A stretch of 32,000 nucleotides of DNA from Candidatus Methylomirabilis oxygeniifera (GTDB lineage Bacteria; Methylomirabilota; Methylomirabilia; Methylomirabilales; Methylomirabilaceae). Each line of letters opens with the position of its first letter. Positions within the stretch are counted from its first letter, which is position 1. The stretch covers positions 1,080,001 through 1,112,000 of the forward strand of contig FP565575.1 of the NCBI GenBank assembly GCA_000091165.1. The letters are read 5' to 3'. A program made the translations under genes and the position numbers. Shown here one piece after another: positions 10,052 through 19,701 of the stretch. Under the pieces are notes generated by a model. That model saw only the letters and a program-made list of their open reading frames with translations. It made no database searches and was not told where the DNA came from.

Positions 10052-10360
10052 TCACGGCCGGCAGTCGGCACGGCCGGTCTCCTCAGGTGAGACGGGGGTG
10101 ATACGTCGACAAAACACGCCAATCAACGCCTCCATGCACGACTGGCACAGATCGCATTCCACCTGCGTCCCATCCCCGAAGACCGAACCATACCCACCCG
10201 TAAAGCGTATCATCTGTTTTTCTTCCCACTCGATGAAGCTGTCGGGTGTGATACTCTTGCCGCATCTATCACAGATACACGCCAGTGGAATGGGTTCTTC
10301 GACCGTCTGTGTTCCAAATGTCAACATTCTTGTATTTTCATAATGATGATGGCACCTCAC
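10052..10360 (-). CDS. Small hypothetical protein with paired CxxC motifs (putative metal binding)
   Basis: 102-aa ORF with CICDRCGK and CDLCQSC motifs. Confidence 0.6.
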   Translation of the reverse strand: MRCHHHYENTRMLTFGTQTVEEPIPLACICDRCGKSITPDSFIEWEEKQMIRFTGGYGSVFGDGTQVECDLCQSCMEALIGVFCRRITPVSPEETGRADCRP

Positions 10361-10438
10361 TTACACATTATTGCGCGCCGAAGGCGTCACGTGAAGAATG
10401 TCTTCTTTTTCAAAGTAGGTCGGGTGCGGCTTACGCAT
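10361..10438 (-). CDS. Very short ORF (25 aa) overlapping the toxin-like gene; possible truncated DUF2283-like antitoxin
   Basis: MRKPHPTYFEKEDILHVTPSARNNV; ATG overlaps the toxin-like stop (ATGCGTAA). Family assignment is weak. Confidence 0.3.
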   Translation of the reverse strand: MRKPHPTYFEKEDILHVTPSARNNV

Positions 10439-10697
10439 AGTGGAACCTCCCGGACTTGAGCCGACAATTTCCCTGCTGCCTTGTGGTCGCGTGTATGGTC
10501 ACCGGTACGATGTCACCGCCCGTCATGTCGTAAGGAATCGTAACGAGCAATCCCCCATGCTTACCGATGGCGATCATCCGACCGGTAACGGCGTCGCAAT
10601 ATCGTTCTTCGCCGAAACGAAGGATCCGCTCGATCTTCGCCAAATCGAGGCCCCTGAGCTCCGCCCTGTACTTGAGATAGGCGATCCAGATGATCAT
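10431..10697 (-). CDS. DUF4258-like small protein, candidate toxin component
   Basis: RGLDLAKIERIL...DAVTGRMIAIGKHGGLLVTIPYD...IVPVTIHATTRQQGNCRLKSGRF pattern typical of DUF4258 proteins. Confidence 0.6.
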   Translation of the reverse strand: MIIWIAYLKYRAELRGLDLAKIERILRFGEERYCDAVTGRMIAIGKHGGLLVTIPYDMTGGDIVPVTIHATTRQQGNCRLKSGRFHYA

Positions 10698-10828
10698 TCA
10701 TCTATTCCCTAGCCCGAACCGTTTGAGGTGACCGGCCGCCGGAGCGCGAAGCGCGGGGGGAACCCGCGAGCATAGCTTGCGGGCGGTCCGTTTGACTGAA
10801 AGGTTAGGTGTTACGCGGGTACGGTCCA

Positions 10829-12120
10829 GACACATAGGTAACACTTTAGTCCAGGGACATAGGTGACAGGTTGTGCCACACTCACGGGCACCGAAGGAGG
10901 TGCCCTATGCCGTGGAAGGAAACGTCACCAATGGACCAACGAACACAATTCATTGCCGATTACCTGCGTGAGGTGCTCTCGGTTACGGAGCTGTGCCGGC
11001 TCTATGGGGTCTCACGCAAAACGGCCTACAAATGGATCGACCGTTACCTACACCTCGGACCTGCGGGGCTCGACGCCCGGTCGCGACGGCCCCGGCATTC
11101 GCCCAATGAGACCGCACCCGAGATCGTCGCGGCATTCCTGGAAGCACGTCGACGGTATCCGTCCTGGGGCGGGAAGAAGCTCCTCACGATCGTACACAAG
11201 CGCCACCCCCGGTGGGAGCTCCCCGGCCGCTCCACCGTCTGCGATATCTTGAGTCGCCACGGCATGGTGCCCGCGTCACGGCAGCGTCGGCGTATCGGCC
11301 ACCCCGGCAAGCCCAGCGGCCTGATCCTGGCCCCCAATGACGTGTGGAGCGCCGACTTCAAAGGGCAGTTCAAAACCGGCGATGGGGTGTACTGTTATCC
11401 CCTGACCGTCACCGATGGCTTCAGCCGGTATCTGCTGGGTTGCCAGGCGCTGTATTCCACGGCCGTAGCCGGGGCCACACCCGTGTTCAGACGGCTCTTC
11501 CAGGAATACGGCCTGCCTGCACGGATCCGCACCGATAACGGCGTGCCCTTTGCCACGAACACGCTCGCCCGGCTCTCGGCGCTCTCGGCCTGGTGGGTCC
11601 GCCTGGGCGTGCTGTCGGAACTCATTGAGCCTGGTAAACCGCAGCAGAACGGTCGTCATGAACGCATGCACAAGACCCTGAAGGCCGAGGCGACCCGACC
11701 GGCAGCGGGCAGTCTGGCTGCCCAACAGCGCCGGTTCAACCGCTTCCGTACCGAATACAACGACGAGCGCCCGCACGAGGCCCTGGATCAGCAAACCCCG
11801 GCTTCCGTCTATGTGCCCTCTCGACAGACAATGCCTGCGACACTCCCGCCCCTGGAATATCCTGATCGCTTCGAGGTCCGATACGTCAGCGCCAATGGCG
11901 GCATCCGCTGGAACTCGGACTGGGTCAATGTCTCCACCGTCTGCGCCGGGGAGTATGTGGGCTTAGAAGAAATCGACGACGGGATCTGGACCGTCTACTT
12001 CGGCCCGCTCACACTCGGCCGGCTCCATGAACGACACATGCGCATCGAGGACGAATATGGTAGATTCACACGCCACACGGTGTAACCCATGTCCCCCGAC
12101 TATTTTGTTACCTATCTCCC
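10829..12120 (+). mobile_element. IS481-family-like insertion sequence (outer ends not exactly resolved)
   Basis: Intact integrase-core transposase flanked by 40-nt inverted repeats 10829-10868 and 12081-12120, 30/40 paired by eye (ATAGGTAACA...TAGTC..GGGACAT). Confidence 0.85.
10907..12085 (+). CDS. IS481-family transposase (helix-turn-helix plus rve integrase core)
   Basis: VTELCRLYGVSRKTAYKWIDRYL; DDE-type sites in DVWSADFKGQF, PARIRTDNGVPFA, NGRHERMHKTLK. ATG at 10907 chosen over ORF-track 10871. Confidence 0.92.
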   Translation: MPWKETSPMDQRTQFIADYLREVLSVTELCRLYGVSRKTAYKWIDRYLHLGPAGLDARSRRPRHSPNETAPEIVAAFLEARRRYPSWGGKKLLTIVHKRHPRWELPGRSTVCDILSRHGMVPASRQRRRIGHPGKPSGLILAPNDVWSADFKGQFKTGDGVYCYPLTVTDGFSRYLLGCQALYSTAVAGATPVFRRLFQEYGLPARIRTDNGVPFATNTLARLSALSAWWVRLGVLSELIEPGKPQQNGRHERMHKTLKAEATRPAAGSLAAQQRRFNRFRTEYNDERPHEALDQQTPASVYVPSRQTMPATLPPLEYPDRFEVRYVSANGGIRWNSDWVNVSTVCAGEYVGLEEIDDGIWTVYFGPLTLGRLHERHMRIEDEYGRFTRHTV

Positions 12121-12147
12121 CGGCCGCTCATCCACCCATACAAACAT

Positions 12148-12861
12148 CTACTGAGGGAGCGAGATAGTTCGCGACAAACCCTTCACTACGGCGCCAAGCT
12201 CTTCAACATGGGTCATGAACTGCATCCAGCTTTGATGGTATCGCTCTGCCGAGAAGCTGCGAGAATCTGGGTGTTCCTTTCGATACGCCTCCGTCCGAAG
12301 AGCAGCTTCCCCGAGGACCTGATTCCAAGAATCCAACACCCTCGAGCCCTTGTCGACAAACGCTCCACTGACGGCATTGGGAATCACCTCAAGACTCTGA
12401 AGTGCGCCGAAATGTGCTCTCAAGCGACTTAGCGACGCCCTGAACCTGCCCTCCGTATCGAGATCTGTATTTGAAATGAGCCAGAGTCTGAGAGGCACAA
12501 GCTGTGCGACGCCGTAAATGTCTGTGTAGGCTTCAATGACGTGGTCGAGATGTCCGACGATGCGCTCGCGCCGGAACCCAGCAAACTCACGGCCACGTTG
12601 CAGCGTGTCGCTGAACGCATTCAACTCACGTTGGATTTCTGCTTTGATGTCTTCAGTCACCTTTGTTTGAGCCTTGATCTGCTCAAGCAGTCCGTTGAAG
12701 TCTTCTTTCGTGGCGAAGTTCTTGCCCTTCGTCTTGAGATATGACGCCAGGAAGGCTCCGGTGCCAGCCGCTACTAGGCAGATCACCGCCACGAGGAATC
12801 CCGCGGCGGTGATACCGTCGTGGATGGCCTGCTGGATCAGGTTTATCAACGCCGGATCCAT
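12148..12861 (-). CDS. Membrane-anchored hypothetical protein with coiled-coil-like region (237 aa)
   Basis: N-terminal TM ([26 protein letters not shown]) followed by charged helical sequence. Confidence 0.65.
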   Translation of the reverse strand: MDPALINLIQQAIHDGITAAGFLVAVICLVAAGTGAFLASYLKTKGKNFATKEDFNGLLEQIKAQTKVTEDIKAEIQRELNAFSDTLQRGREFAGFRRERIVGHLDHVIEAYTDIYGVAQLVPLRLWLISNTDLDTEGRFRASLSRLRAHFGALQSLEVIPNAVSGAFVDKGSRVLDSWNQVLGEAALRTEAYRKEHPDSRSFSAERYHQSWMQFMTHVEELGAVVKGLSRTISLPQ

Positions 12862-13013
12862 GTGTGAGCTCCCAGGCGACGCCTAACTACGATTATACTG
12901 GTCTGTATAGCACCCAGCCCATGAATCCTCACAATATGCGGAATTCTCCTGCCATTTCGCAAACTTGTCAACGGAATTTCAACAGGACCTACGGTGGCAA
13001 AGGCCGCCTCAGC

Positions 13014-13041
13014 GGTCGGCATAATCCTATTAGGGCCGACC
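13014..13041. repeat. Perfect inverted repeat (hairpin B) beside second integrase fragment
   Basis: GGTCGGC (13014-13020) / GCCGACC (13035-13041), loop ATAATCCTATTAGG; loop sequence resembles hairpin A. Confidence 0.7.
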
Positions 13042-13045
13042 AAAG

Positions 13046-13300
13046 TTACGATCCTGGCAGTACGTCCACGGGGCTGCGAACCCCTCTGCCGCCTCGATTC
13101 AAGACATGCGTATAAATCATGGTCGTACTGACGGCCCGATAGCGGAATAGCTCGTGAATCCGCTGAGGGTTCGCCGCCGCCGCTTGCCGCAGGTACGTCA
13201 TACTGGCGGAAGCCGGTATCCAGAAGGCCCGACTGGATTCCGTGTCAAGCACGGAATGACGGCCCAGAGCAGAAAAGGAGTGACGAACGTGGGATGGCCA
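13046..13300 (-). pseudogene. Second C-terminal tyrosine recombinase (integron-integrase-like) fragment, interrupted by a palindromic repeat
   Basis: HVRHSF, then repeat sequence, then [25 protein letters not shown]; lies directly 3' of dnaE2, same arrangement as 6750..7011. Confidence 0.82.
13196..13261. repeat. Short palindromic dispersed-type repeat (REP/MITE-like) inside integrase fragment
   Basis: CGTCATACTGGCGGAAGCCGGTATCCAG...CTGGATTCCGTGTCAAGCACGGAATGACG; terminal CGTCAT..GG.ATCCAG pattern in inverted orientation. Confidence 0.75.
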
Positions 13301-13302
13301 CA

Positions 13303-16300
13303 TCAGTGAAAGTCGCGGCTGGGGGCGGTGACGAGGTCGGTGTGAAGTTGCGGGTGCCAGAGGCGGTCGGCGACGAGGTGGACGACGCCCTGTTCGGCCT
13401 GGAGGGTTCCGGTGATGCCGAGGAAGGTGGCGGTTTTGGCTAACGTCGCATAGCGCGCGAAGACCGTGGGCCAGAGGACGAGGTTTACGAAGCCGGTCTC
13501 ATCCTCCAAGGTCATGAAGGTGACGCCGCTTGCGGTGCCGGGTCGCTGGCGACAGATGACCAGACCGGCGTAGCGCACGCGCGATCCATGGCGCATCGAG
13601 GCGATTGTGCGGGCATCCTTGAGGCTCTGTGCCTGTAGCGCCTTCCGCAGGGGCGCGAGCGGGTGGCCTCTGGGGCTGTGATCGGTGCGCCGGTAGTCCC
13701 AGGCGATCTCTTCGGCGACGCCGAGCGGTGTCAGGGCAGGGCTGGCCTCTTGGACGACTGTCGGCAGGGGAGTGACTTCCGACTGACATCCCAGCGCCCC
13801 CCATAGCGCCATTCGACGGTCTAACCTATCCTGAGCGGTACCGACGGAGCCAAACCCTTCGAAGGCGCCAGCCTCGGCCAGCACCGTGAGCGCTCCCTTG
13901 TCCAATCCAGTACGACGGCTGAAATCCGCAAGCGACGTGAAGGGCGCAATGTGGCGCGCTTGCTCGATCCGGTTCCAGTCACCCTCACGCAGCCCCTTCA
14001 CGTACCGCAGGCCCATACGGATAGCGAAGCCGGCCGCGCTCTGTGGACAGGGCTCGAGAGTACAGTCCCAGGTGCTTGCCTGCGCATCCACGGGCCGCAC
14101 GAGAAGGCCGTGGCGCTTGGCGTCTTCGACGATGGTGGCTGGCACATAGAAGCCCATCGGCTGAGCGTTCAGCAGCGCGCAGGTGAACTCCGCCGGGTAG
14201 TGGCGCTTCAGCCATGCCGTAGCGTAGGCGATCAGGGCGAAGCTGGCCGCGTGCGATTCCGGGAATCCATACTCGCCGAAGCCCTGGATCTGCGAGAAGA
14301 CGCGCTCGGCGAACTCCGCCGCGATCCCCTTGGTCTGCATCCGCGAGATGAGACGTTCGCGGTGGCGCTCGATCCGCCCAGGACCGCGCCAGGCCGCCAT
14401 GTCGCGCCGGAGCTGATCCGCCTCGCCGGGGGTGTAGTCGGCGGCGATCATCGCCAGCCGCATCACCTGTTCCTGAAACAGCGGCACCCCCAGCGTCTTC
14501 TCCAGCACCGGCTGAAGGGACGGATGAGGGTAGAGGACCGGCTCCTCGCCGCGACGGCGGCGCAAGTAGGGGTGGACCATGCCGCCCGCGATCGGGCCGG
14601 GGCGGACGATGCTTACCTCGATGACCAGGTCATAGAAGGAGCGGGGCCGAAGCCGTGGGAGCATTGCCATCTGGGCCCGGCTTTCGATCTGGAACACCCC
14701 CACAGTGTCGGCCCGCTGGATCATCTCGAAGGTCGACGGATCGTTGGGCGGGATGCCGGCCATGTCCAGATCGAGGCCGCGATGGTGCTTCAGCAGGCGG
14801 AAGCAGAGATCGAGGTGGCTGAGGGCCCCCAGCCCAAGCAGGTCCACCTTGAAGAGGCCCAGCGCCTCCAGGTCGTCCTTGTCCCACTGGATGACCGTGC
14901 GGCCCGGCATGGTGGCGTTCTCGACGGGGACGATGGTCCAGATCGGATCGTGACCCAGCAGGAAGCCGCCGGGGTGGATGGAGAGGTGGCGGGGCGTCTC
15001 TAGAATCTCGCTCGACAGTCGCAGCAGATGCCGGTGCAGCGGCGTCTCGGGGTCAAGTCCGGCCTGACGCAGCGCCTCCGGCTCGATGTCGCCATGGTGA
15101 GAGAGGAGCTTGGCCAGCCGGTCCATAGATGTTTCCGGCAGGCCGAGCGCCTTGCCCACGTCCCGGACCGCCGAACGGGGCCGGTAGCGGATGACGTTGG
15201 CCACCATTGCGGCATGGGAGCGCCCATAGGTATCGTAGACGTGCTGGATCACCTCTTCGCGCCGGTTGTGCTGGATATCCAGGTCGATGTCGGGCGGCTC
15301 GGCGCGCTCCTTGGAGATGAACCGCTCGAACAACAGCCCCATCCGCACCGGGTCGATGGCCGTGATGCCGAGGCAGTAGCAGACCGCCGAGTTGGCCGCC
15401 GATCCCCGCCCCTGACAGAGGATGCCGCGCTGCCGGCAGAACTGGACGATCTCCCACATCGTCAGGAAGTAGCCCGGGTACTCAAGGGCGTCGATGAGCG
15501 CGAGTTCTGTCTCAAGCTGCCGGAGGACGTCCGGCGGAACTTCGCCGTCGTAGCGCCGCCTGGCCCCCTCGAAGGTGAGCTGCCGCAGCCGCTGGGAGGA
15601 AGTAGTGCCGTTCGGAAGGCGTTCAGAAGGGTAGCGGTACCGAAGCTCGGCCAGGGAGAAGGCGCAGCGGCCGGCTACCTCTTCAGTTCGGGCGATGGCT
15701 GCCGGATCGTCGGCGAACAGGGCTGCAAAGTCATGAGGCGATTTGAGGTCGTGCTCGGCGTTGGGCTTGAGTCGCCGCCCGGCGGTCGAGACGGCGACAC
15801 CATGGCGAATTGCGGTGAGGGTATCCTGGAGGGGGCGCCGGATCTGGGTGTGGTAGAGCACCTCCGTGGCCGCGACGAGAGGCAGGCCGTAGCGGGCGGC
15901 GCGCGCCCGCAGCCGCGCCTCTGTTCTGACTTCATCGGCTTGGCGGTGCCGAGCAAGGAACGCGTAGAGTCGATCGCCGAAGACATCGCGGAGCTGACCG
16001 GCCACCTCGTCAGGATCAGCTTCGCCCGTGCGTAAGCTCTGCTCACCGCCCCACAGTGCGATCAGACCGCCGGCGTGTTGGCAGACTTCATTCCATGTGA
16101 CAGACGATTCTCCCTTTGGAGAGCGGAGTCGTCCGGTCGTGATCAACCGGCAGAGGTTGCTGTAGCCGTCCCGATCCTGCGCCAGGAGGACGAGGATCGA
16201 GTGACCTGTCTGCGTGCGACGCACAGGCAGATCGGCCAGCGCGACCTGCGCACCCACGATCAGGTGCAGTCCGAGCTCCCTGGCCTTGACGTGCGCCCGG

Positions 16301-16455
16301 ACGATCCCATAGACGCCATCGCGGTCGGTCAGCGCCAGCGCCTTCAACCCCAGGCGGTGGGCTTCCTCCACCAGTTCGTCGGGGTGGCTCGCGCCTTCCA
16401 GGAACGAGAAGTGACTCTTGCACCAGAGGGGAGTATACGAATGTGAAGCCATCAG
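13303..16455 (-). CDS. dnaE2: Error-prone DNA polymerase DnaE2
   Basis: [46 protein letters not shown], full-length C-family Pol III alpha with DnaE2 C-terminus [15 protein letters not shown] track extends to 16491. Confidence 0.97.
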   Translation of the reverse strand: MMASHSYTPLWCKSHFSFLEGASHPDELVEEAHRLGLKALALTDRDGVYGIVRAHVKARELGLHLIVGAQVALADLPVRRTQTGHSILVLLAQDRDGYSNLCRLITTGRLRSPKGESSVTWNEVCQHAGGLIALWGGEQSLRTGEADPDEVAGQLRDVFGDRLYAFLARHRQADEVRTEARLRARAARYGLPLVAATEVLYHTQIRRPLQDTLTAIRHGVAVSTAGRRLKPNAEHDLKSPHDFAALFADDPAAIARTEEVAGRCAFSLAELRYRYPSERLPNGTTSSQRLRQLTFEGARRRYDGEVPPDVLRQLETELALIDALEYPGYFLTMWEIVQFCRQRGILCQGRGSAANSAVCYCLGITAIDPVRMGLLFERFISKERAEPPDIDLDIQHNRREEVIQHVYDTYGRSHAAMVANVIRYRPRSAVRDVGKALGLPETSMDRLAKLLSHHGDIEPEALRQAGLDPETPLHRHLLRLSSEILETPRHLSIHPGGFLLGHDPIWTIVPVENATMPGRTVIQWDKDDLEALGLFKVDLLGLGALSHLDLCFRLLKHHRGLDLDMAGIPPNDPSTFEMIQRADTVGVFQIESRAQMAMLPRLRPRSFYDLVIEVSIVRPGPIAGGMVHPYLRRRRGEEPVLYPHPSLQPVLEKTLGVPLFQEQVMRLAMIAADYTPGEADQLRRDMAAWRGPGRIERHRERLISRMQTKGIAAEFAERVFSQIQGFGEYGFPESHAASFALIAYATAWLKRHYPAEFTCALLNAQPMGFYVPATIVEDAKRHGLLVRPVDAQASTWDCTLEPCPQSAAGFAIRMGLRYVKGLREGDWNRIEQARHIAPFTSLADFSRRTGLDKGALTVLAEAGAFEGFGSVGTAQDRLDRRMALWGALGCQSEVTPLPTVVQEASPALTPLGVAEEIAWDYRRTDHSPRGHPLAPLRKALQAQSLKDARTIASMRHGSRVRYAGLVICRQRPGTASGVTFMTLEDETGFVNLVLWPTVFARYATLAKTATFLGITGTLQAEQGVVHLVADRLWHPQLHTDLVTAPSRDFH

Positions 16456-16470
16456 ACCGACAATCCCTTG

Positions 16471-16586
16471 CGTGTCATTGCGAGCGACCATCGGGAGCGT
16501 GGCAATCCAACCGTTCTATTCTTGCGAGCTTTGAGAACTGGGGGCGAAGAACGGTTAGATTGCTTCGCTACGCTCGCAATGACACG
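16471..16586. repeat. Dispersed-type inverted repeat between imuB and dnaE2
   Basis: CGTGTCATTGCGAGCGACC...GTGGCAATCC ... GATTGCTTCGCTACGCTCGCAATGACACG, inverted ends. Confidence 0.8.
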
Positions 16587-16627
16587 CAATGTAAATCTAT
16601 ATATAATTACCAAACGGTTATATTGAT

Positions 16628-18145
16628 TTATTCAACCAGTCCATGAAGATACCAATGCGACCTGTTCGGGTCGTAATAGATCCACAGTAGCTCGCCGTGA
16701 CGAGTCTCGGCGAAGTAGTAGTCGCGATGCGTCCCTGCCTGTGCGTGTCCGCACGCAGACAGGTCCCGTCCCCACCACCCGCCGCTGACGATGTACGGCC
16801 CGTGCAGTGTTGAGCCGGGCGGCAAACGTAACGGGACCGGCTTGACAAAGATCCGGCGCACCAGACTCCGCTTTTTAGTGTTGAGTGTTGGGTGTTGAGT
16901 GTCACCCCTGTCTTCTGGTTCATCGCTTGACACTTTACACTTAACACTTACCACTCGATTGAGTGGTTCCCACCTGAAGCTCGCCTCAGGGAGGTGTGCG
17001 TCCGCGAGCCGCACCCGTCCTACCGCCTCGTCACCGAAGGTGGCCCGGATGCGGGCCAGCGCCAGACTGGCAGCTTCCAGATCACGCCGGGGCCGCTCCA
17101 CGATCAGCCGATACTGCTCAGCCGGCGCCAGGACGCTCGACGCCTCAAGCTCTATCTCGATTACGCCGTTCGGCAGTTCTACTGCTTCAAGCCGCAATCG
17201 GATGAGATCGAGCAGTTGTACCGGGTCGAGCGTCGGGGCTGCAGGACGGATCTGTTCTTCGTGCCATCCGCCCCCGTCAAGCTGGAGGCGAAGTGTGAGT
17301 CCGGCGAGCGCTTCGCCTCGGACGGCCAGCGCCTTGAGCAGGGGGTGGAGTAGCCCTTTGAGGCGGAAGAGCAGGCGCATCGCCTCAGTTTCGGGATCGT
17401 CAAGGAGCAGCCGCTGCCGAATCGACTCCTGGGGTTTCAACGGCTGCAGCGGCGTCCAGAGTTCGCCGGACGCCATCCGGTGCAGACGATAGGCGGATTC
17501 ACCGAAGCGTGCGAGCAGCCCGCCTGCCGGAAGGGCGAGGAATGCACCGACGGTTGTCACGCCCAGTTTCGCAAGCGTATCCCGAAGATCCGAATCGATC
17601 TCCAGACACTCGATCCGAACCTGCCGTACGGCGGCGCGTTCATCGACAGGATCGTTCAATACCACGGTCCCGTTCTGCGCTCTAGCTACAGCATAGGTGC
17701 CAAAGCGTGTGAAGCCCATCACCACCGTTGCGCGGAAGCTCATGCGGTTCAGGTCGGACGCGATCAGCCGCACCCATACTTCATACGACGGATAGAGGCG
17801 AGTCAACCCCGTTCCGTTGAGCCAGAAGACGCCGGGCTCCTCAGCGGATGGCTCGATCTCCGGCGTGAAATGTCGGAGCTGCTTCATGATCGCCTCGACC
17901 GCCTCGTTGATCTCGACAGGTGAGACTACGCCGGCCCGAAGATCGACTGCGAGCGAACAGCCGACGGCGTAGCGGAGGCCGGGACGCACACCGGCCTTGT
18001 GCGCCGCTGTATTCATGTAGCAGATGAGACCTTGCGGTCTATCTTCAGCAACGACGGCCACTGGATGGATCGCCCACTCGGGATGACGTCGGAGCAGAAG
18101 CTGCAAGGGGAGGGCAGGGAGGCTAACACAGGCCAGCCGGTCCAT
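16628..18145 (-). CDS. imuB: Y-family polymerase-like mutagenesis protein ImuB
   Basis: MDRLACVSLPALPLQLLLRRHPEW... degenerate Y-family N-terminus, FARFGESAYRLHRMASGE, C-terminal GPYIVSGGWWGRDLSACGHAQAGTHRDYYFAETRHGELLWIYYDPNRSHWYLHGLVE typical of ImuB. Confidence 0.93.
   Translation of the reverse strand: MDRLACVSLPALPLQLLLRRHPEWAIHPVAVVAEDRPQGLICYMNTAAHKAGVRPGLRYAVGCSLAVDLRAGVVSPVEINEAVEAIMKQLRHFTPEIEPSAEEPGVFWLNGTGLTRLYPSYEVWVRLIASDLNRMSFRATVVMGFTRFGTYAVARAQNGTVVLNDPVDERAAVRQVRIECLEIDSDLRDTLAKLGVTTVGAFLALPAGGLLARFGESAYRLHRMASGELWTPLQPLKPQESIRQRLLLDDPETEAMRLLFRLKGLLHPLLKALAVRGEALAGLTLRLQLDGGGWHEEQIRPAAPTLDPVQLLDLIRLRLEAVELPNGVIEIELEASSVLAPAEQYRLIVERPRRDLEAASLALARIRATFGDEAVGRVRLADAHLPEASFRWEPLNRVVSVKCKVSSDEPEDRGDTQHPTLNTKKRSLVRRIFVKPVPLRLPPGSTLHGPYIVSGGWWGRDLSACGHAQAGTHRDYYFAETRHGELLWIYYDPNRSHWYLHGLVE
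16874..16955. repeat. Low-complexity inverted repeat inserted in frame in imuB
   Basis: TTAGTGTTGAGTGTTGGGTGTTGAGTGTCAC ... TTGACACTTTACACTTAACACTTACC; arms are variants of GTGTTRAGT in inverted orientation. Confidence 0.6.
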
Positions 18146-18768
18146 GGCAGACCTCCATGTGCCGCCAGGTTGGACCCCGGCGCTTGTCCTTGAGGACGGT
18201 AAGCCCGCATGAAAACCGGCTATCGGTAAACCGCTTTCGCCGGGCAGTAACTCTGAGTGAGACGAGTGGGCCCAGCGACGGGGCCCCATCCTCTTTTGTC
18301 GTCAGGCAGAGGAGGGCGGTCTGATGTTTGTTTGCCAGCCCTGCCAGACGGGTCTGAAGCGGGACGGGCACGTCGCACCCGCCTGCGCGCGGTGCGCGGG
18401 CAGGTGCAGACAGGTCGAGCACGACCAGACCGAATGCGCCAGACCGAACGAGTTGATCCGCGGCGCGGGCCACGGCCCTGTTGTCAGGAACCCGTACGAT
18501 CGTCAGGATGTCGAGATCGACCCCGCTCTCAGCCGTATCAGGCGGGTAGAAGAGGCTATCGTCACGCGTGATCCAGACCACCGGCTCGTTCTGCCGCTGC
18601 GCCTGCAGCACCAGTCCGAAGGCCAGTGTGAGCGGAGCCGTCGCCCCCACGCCAGAGATCTCCACCAGCCGCCCGGTAACCTGCTCAAGGCTCCATCCTA
18701 CCTCTTGCGCACTTCTCTCTTGCTGCAGCGAAAGGACGTGATTGCGATACGGTTTGTTGTTATACATA
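18123..18768 (-). CDS. imuA: RecA-like mutagenesis protein ImuA
   Basis: LSLQQER.....GRLVEISGVGATAPLTLAFGLVLQAQRQNEPVVWITRDDSLFYPPDTAESGVDLDILTIVRV; overlaps imuB start. Start ATG at 18768 is uncertain; ORF track extends to 18803. Confidence 0.82.
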
Positions 18769-18779
18769 AGACTAATACT
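18762..18779. promoter_or_regulatory. Candidate SOS (LexA) operator at the imuA start
   Basis: TATACATAAGACTAATAC, 16/18 identical to 20468..20485 upstream of lexA. Confidence 0.5.
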
Positions 18780-18806
18780 GTGAGCCAAAAAAATATCCCC
18801 CACCAG

Positions 18807-19565
18807 TCATCGCAAGCACGCAGAAGTAGACTTGTAGGATGAAGTTTCCGGTGTCGCACTCTCCGGCGCCTCATTCCAAGTTCTTCCGTCCAGGAGACGG
18901 CCCGCGCGCTTCTTATTCGTACCGCCCCATTGTTTGAAGAAAAAGGGGACGTGGGCCTGATGACATGCCTGCAAGATCTCCACGACCCATGATCGCTCCA
19001 TCGGACGCGCCCCCGGCCCCGATTCGCCACCGACGATAACCCAATCGATGCCGCGCAGATCCACAGCGCCAAGCGATTCCAACAGCGGCTCGAAGGAGAT
19101 GAACTTGATGGCGGCCGGAGTATGTCGAAGGTGATCGAGCCGATACAGATACGGCTTCGTTTCAACGCTGACACCCATCCAGATGTTGTCAGGCCACGAC
19201 AGCGATGGCGCCAATTGCTGGAGCTTCTCAGATCGCTTGGTGAGCACCTGGAATTGATGCCAGTGCGCCTGCTGCATCACCTCAAACACCCGGGCGACGT
19301 ACTCAACTGGCACCGCTTCATGGAAGAGATCGCTCATCGAATTGACGAACACCCGATGAGGCCGCTTCCAACTGAACGGTAGCCGGAGCATCTGCTCCTG
19401 GAGCGTCACCTCGAAGTCGTTTCGGTAGTTGTAGTTGCCCATAGCCTGCAGGCGATGAGACAGCCGCTCCGCATAGCAATGTTGGCATCCTGGGCTGATC
19501 TTCGTGCAACCTGTCACAGGATTCCAGGTCGCGTCGGTCCATTCAATGCTCGTCCCTTGGGCCAT
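18807..19565 (-). CDS. DUF5131 / phage Gp37-Gp68 family protein
   Basis: SIEWTDATWNPVTGCTKISPGCQHCYAERLSHRL, HRVFVNSMSDLFHEAVP, KFISFEPLLESLG, WVIVGGESGPGARPM. Confidence 0.93.
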   Translation of the reverse strand: MAQGTSIEWTDATWNPVTGCTKISPGCQHCYAERLSHRLQAMGNYNYRNDFEVTLQEQMLRLPFSWKRPHRVFVNSMSDLFHEAVPVEYVARVFEVMQQAHWHQFQVLTKRSEKLQQLAPSLSWPDNIWMGVSVETKPYLYRLDHLRHTPAAIKFISFEPLLESLGAVDLRGIDWVIVGGESGPGARPMERSWVVEILQACHQAHVPFFFKQWGGTNKKRAGRLLDGRTWNEAPESATPETSSYKSTSACLR

Positions 19566-19701
19566 AGCTATTTCCTACAACAGATCAAGTTGAGGCGTGC
19601 TGTATCTCTCGGCTTCTCGCCAGAAGGCTCCACCACGCTCGTGCCGGCTGAAGAATCCAAGTCGATAGAGTGGGAGGTTTTTCTCGGTTGAGCGCACCAT
19701 C

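Noticed and set aside
6700-13300. Possible integron with cassette array
   Set aside because: Only C-terminal integrase fragments and one hairpin per fragment are visible; no attI, Pc promoter or repeated attC sites separating the ORFs.
13951-16035. Long plus-strand ORFs (350 aa and 335 aa)
   Set aside because: They lie antisense to the intact dnaE2 gene in high-GC coding sequence and have Arg/His/Asp-rich shadow-ORF composition.
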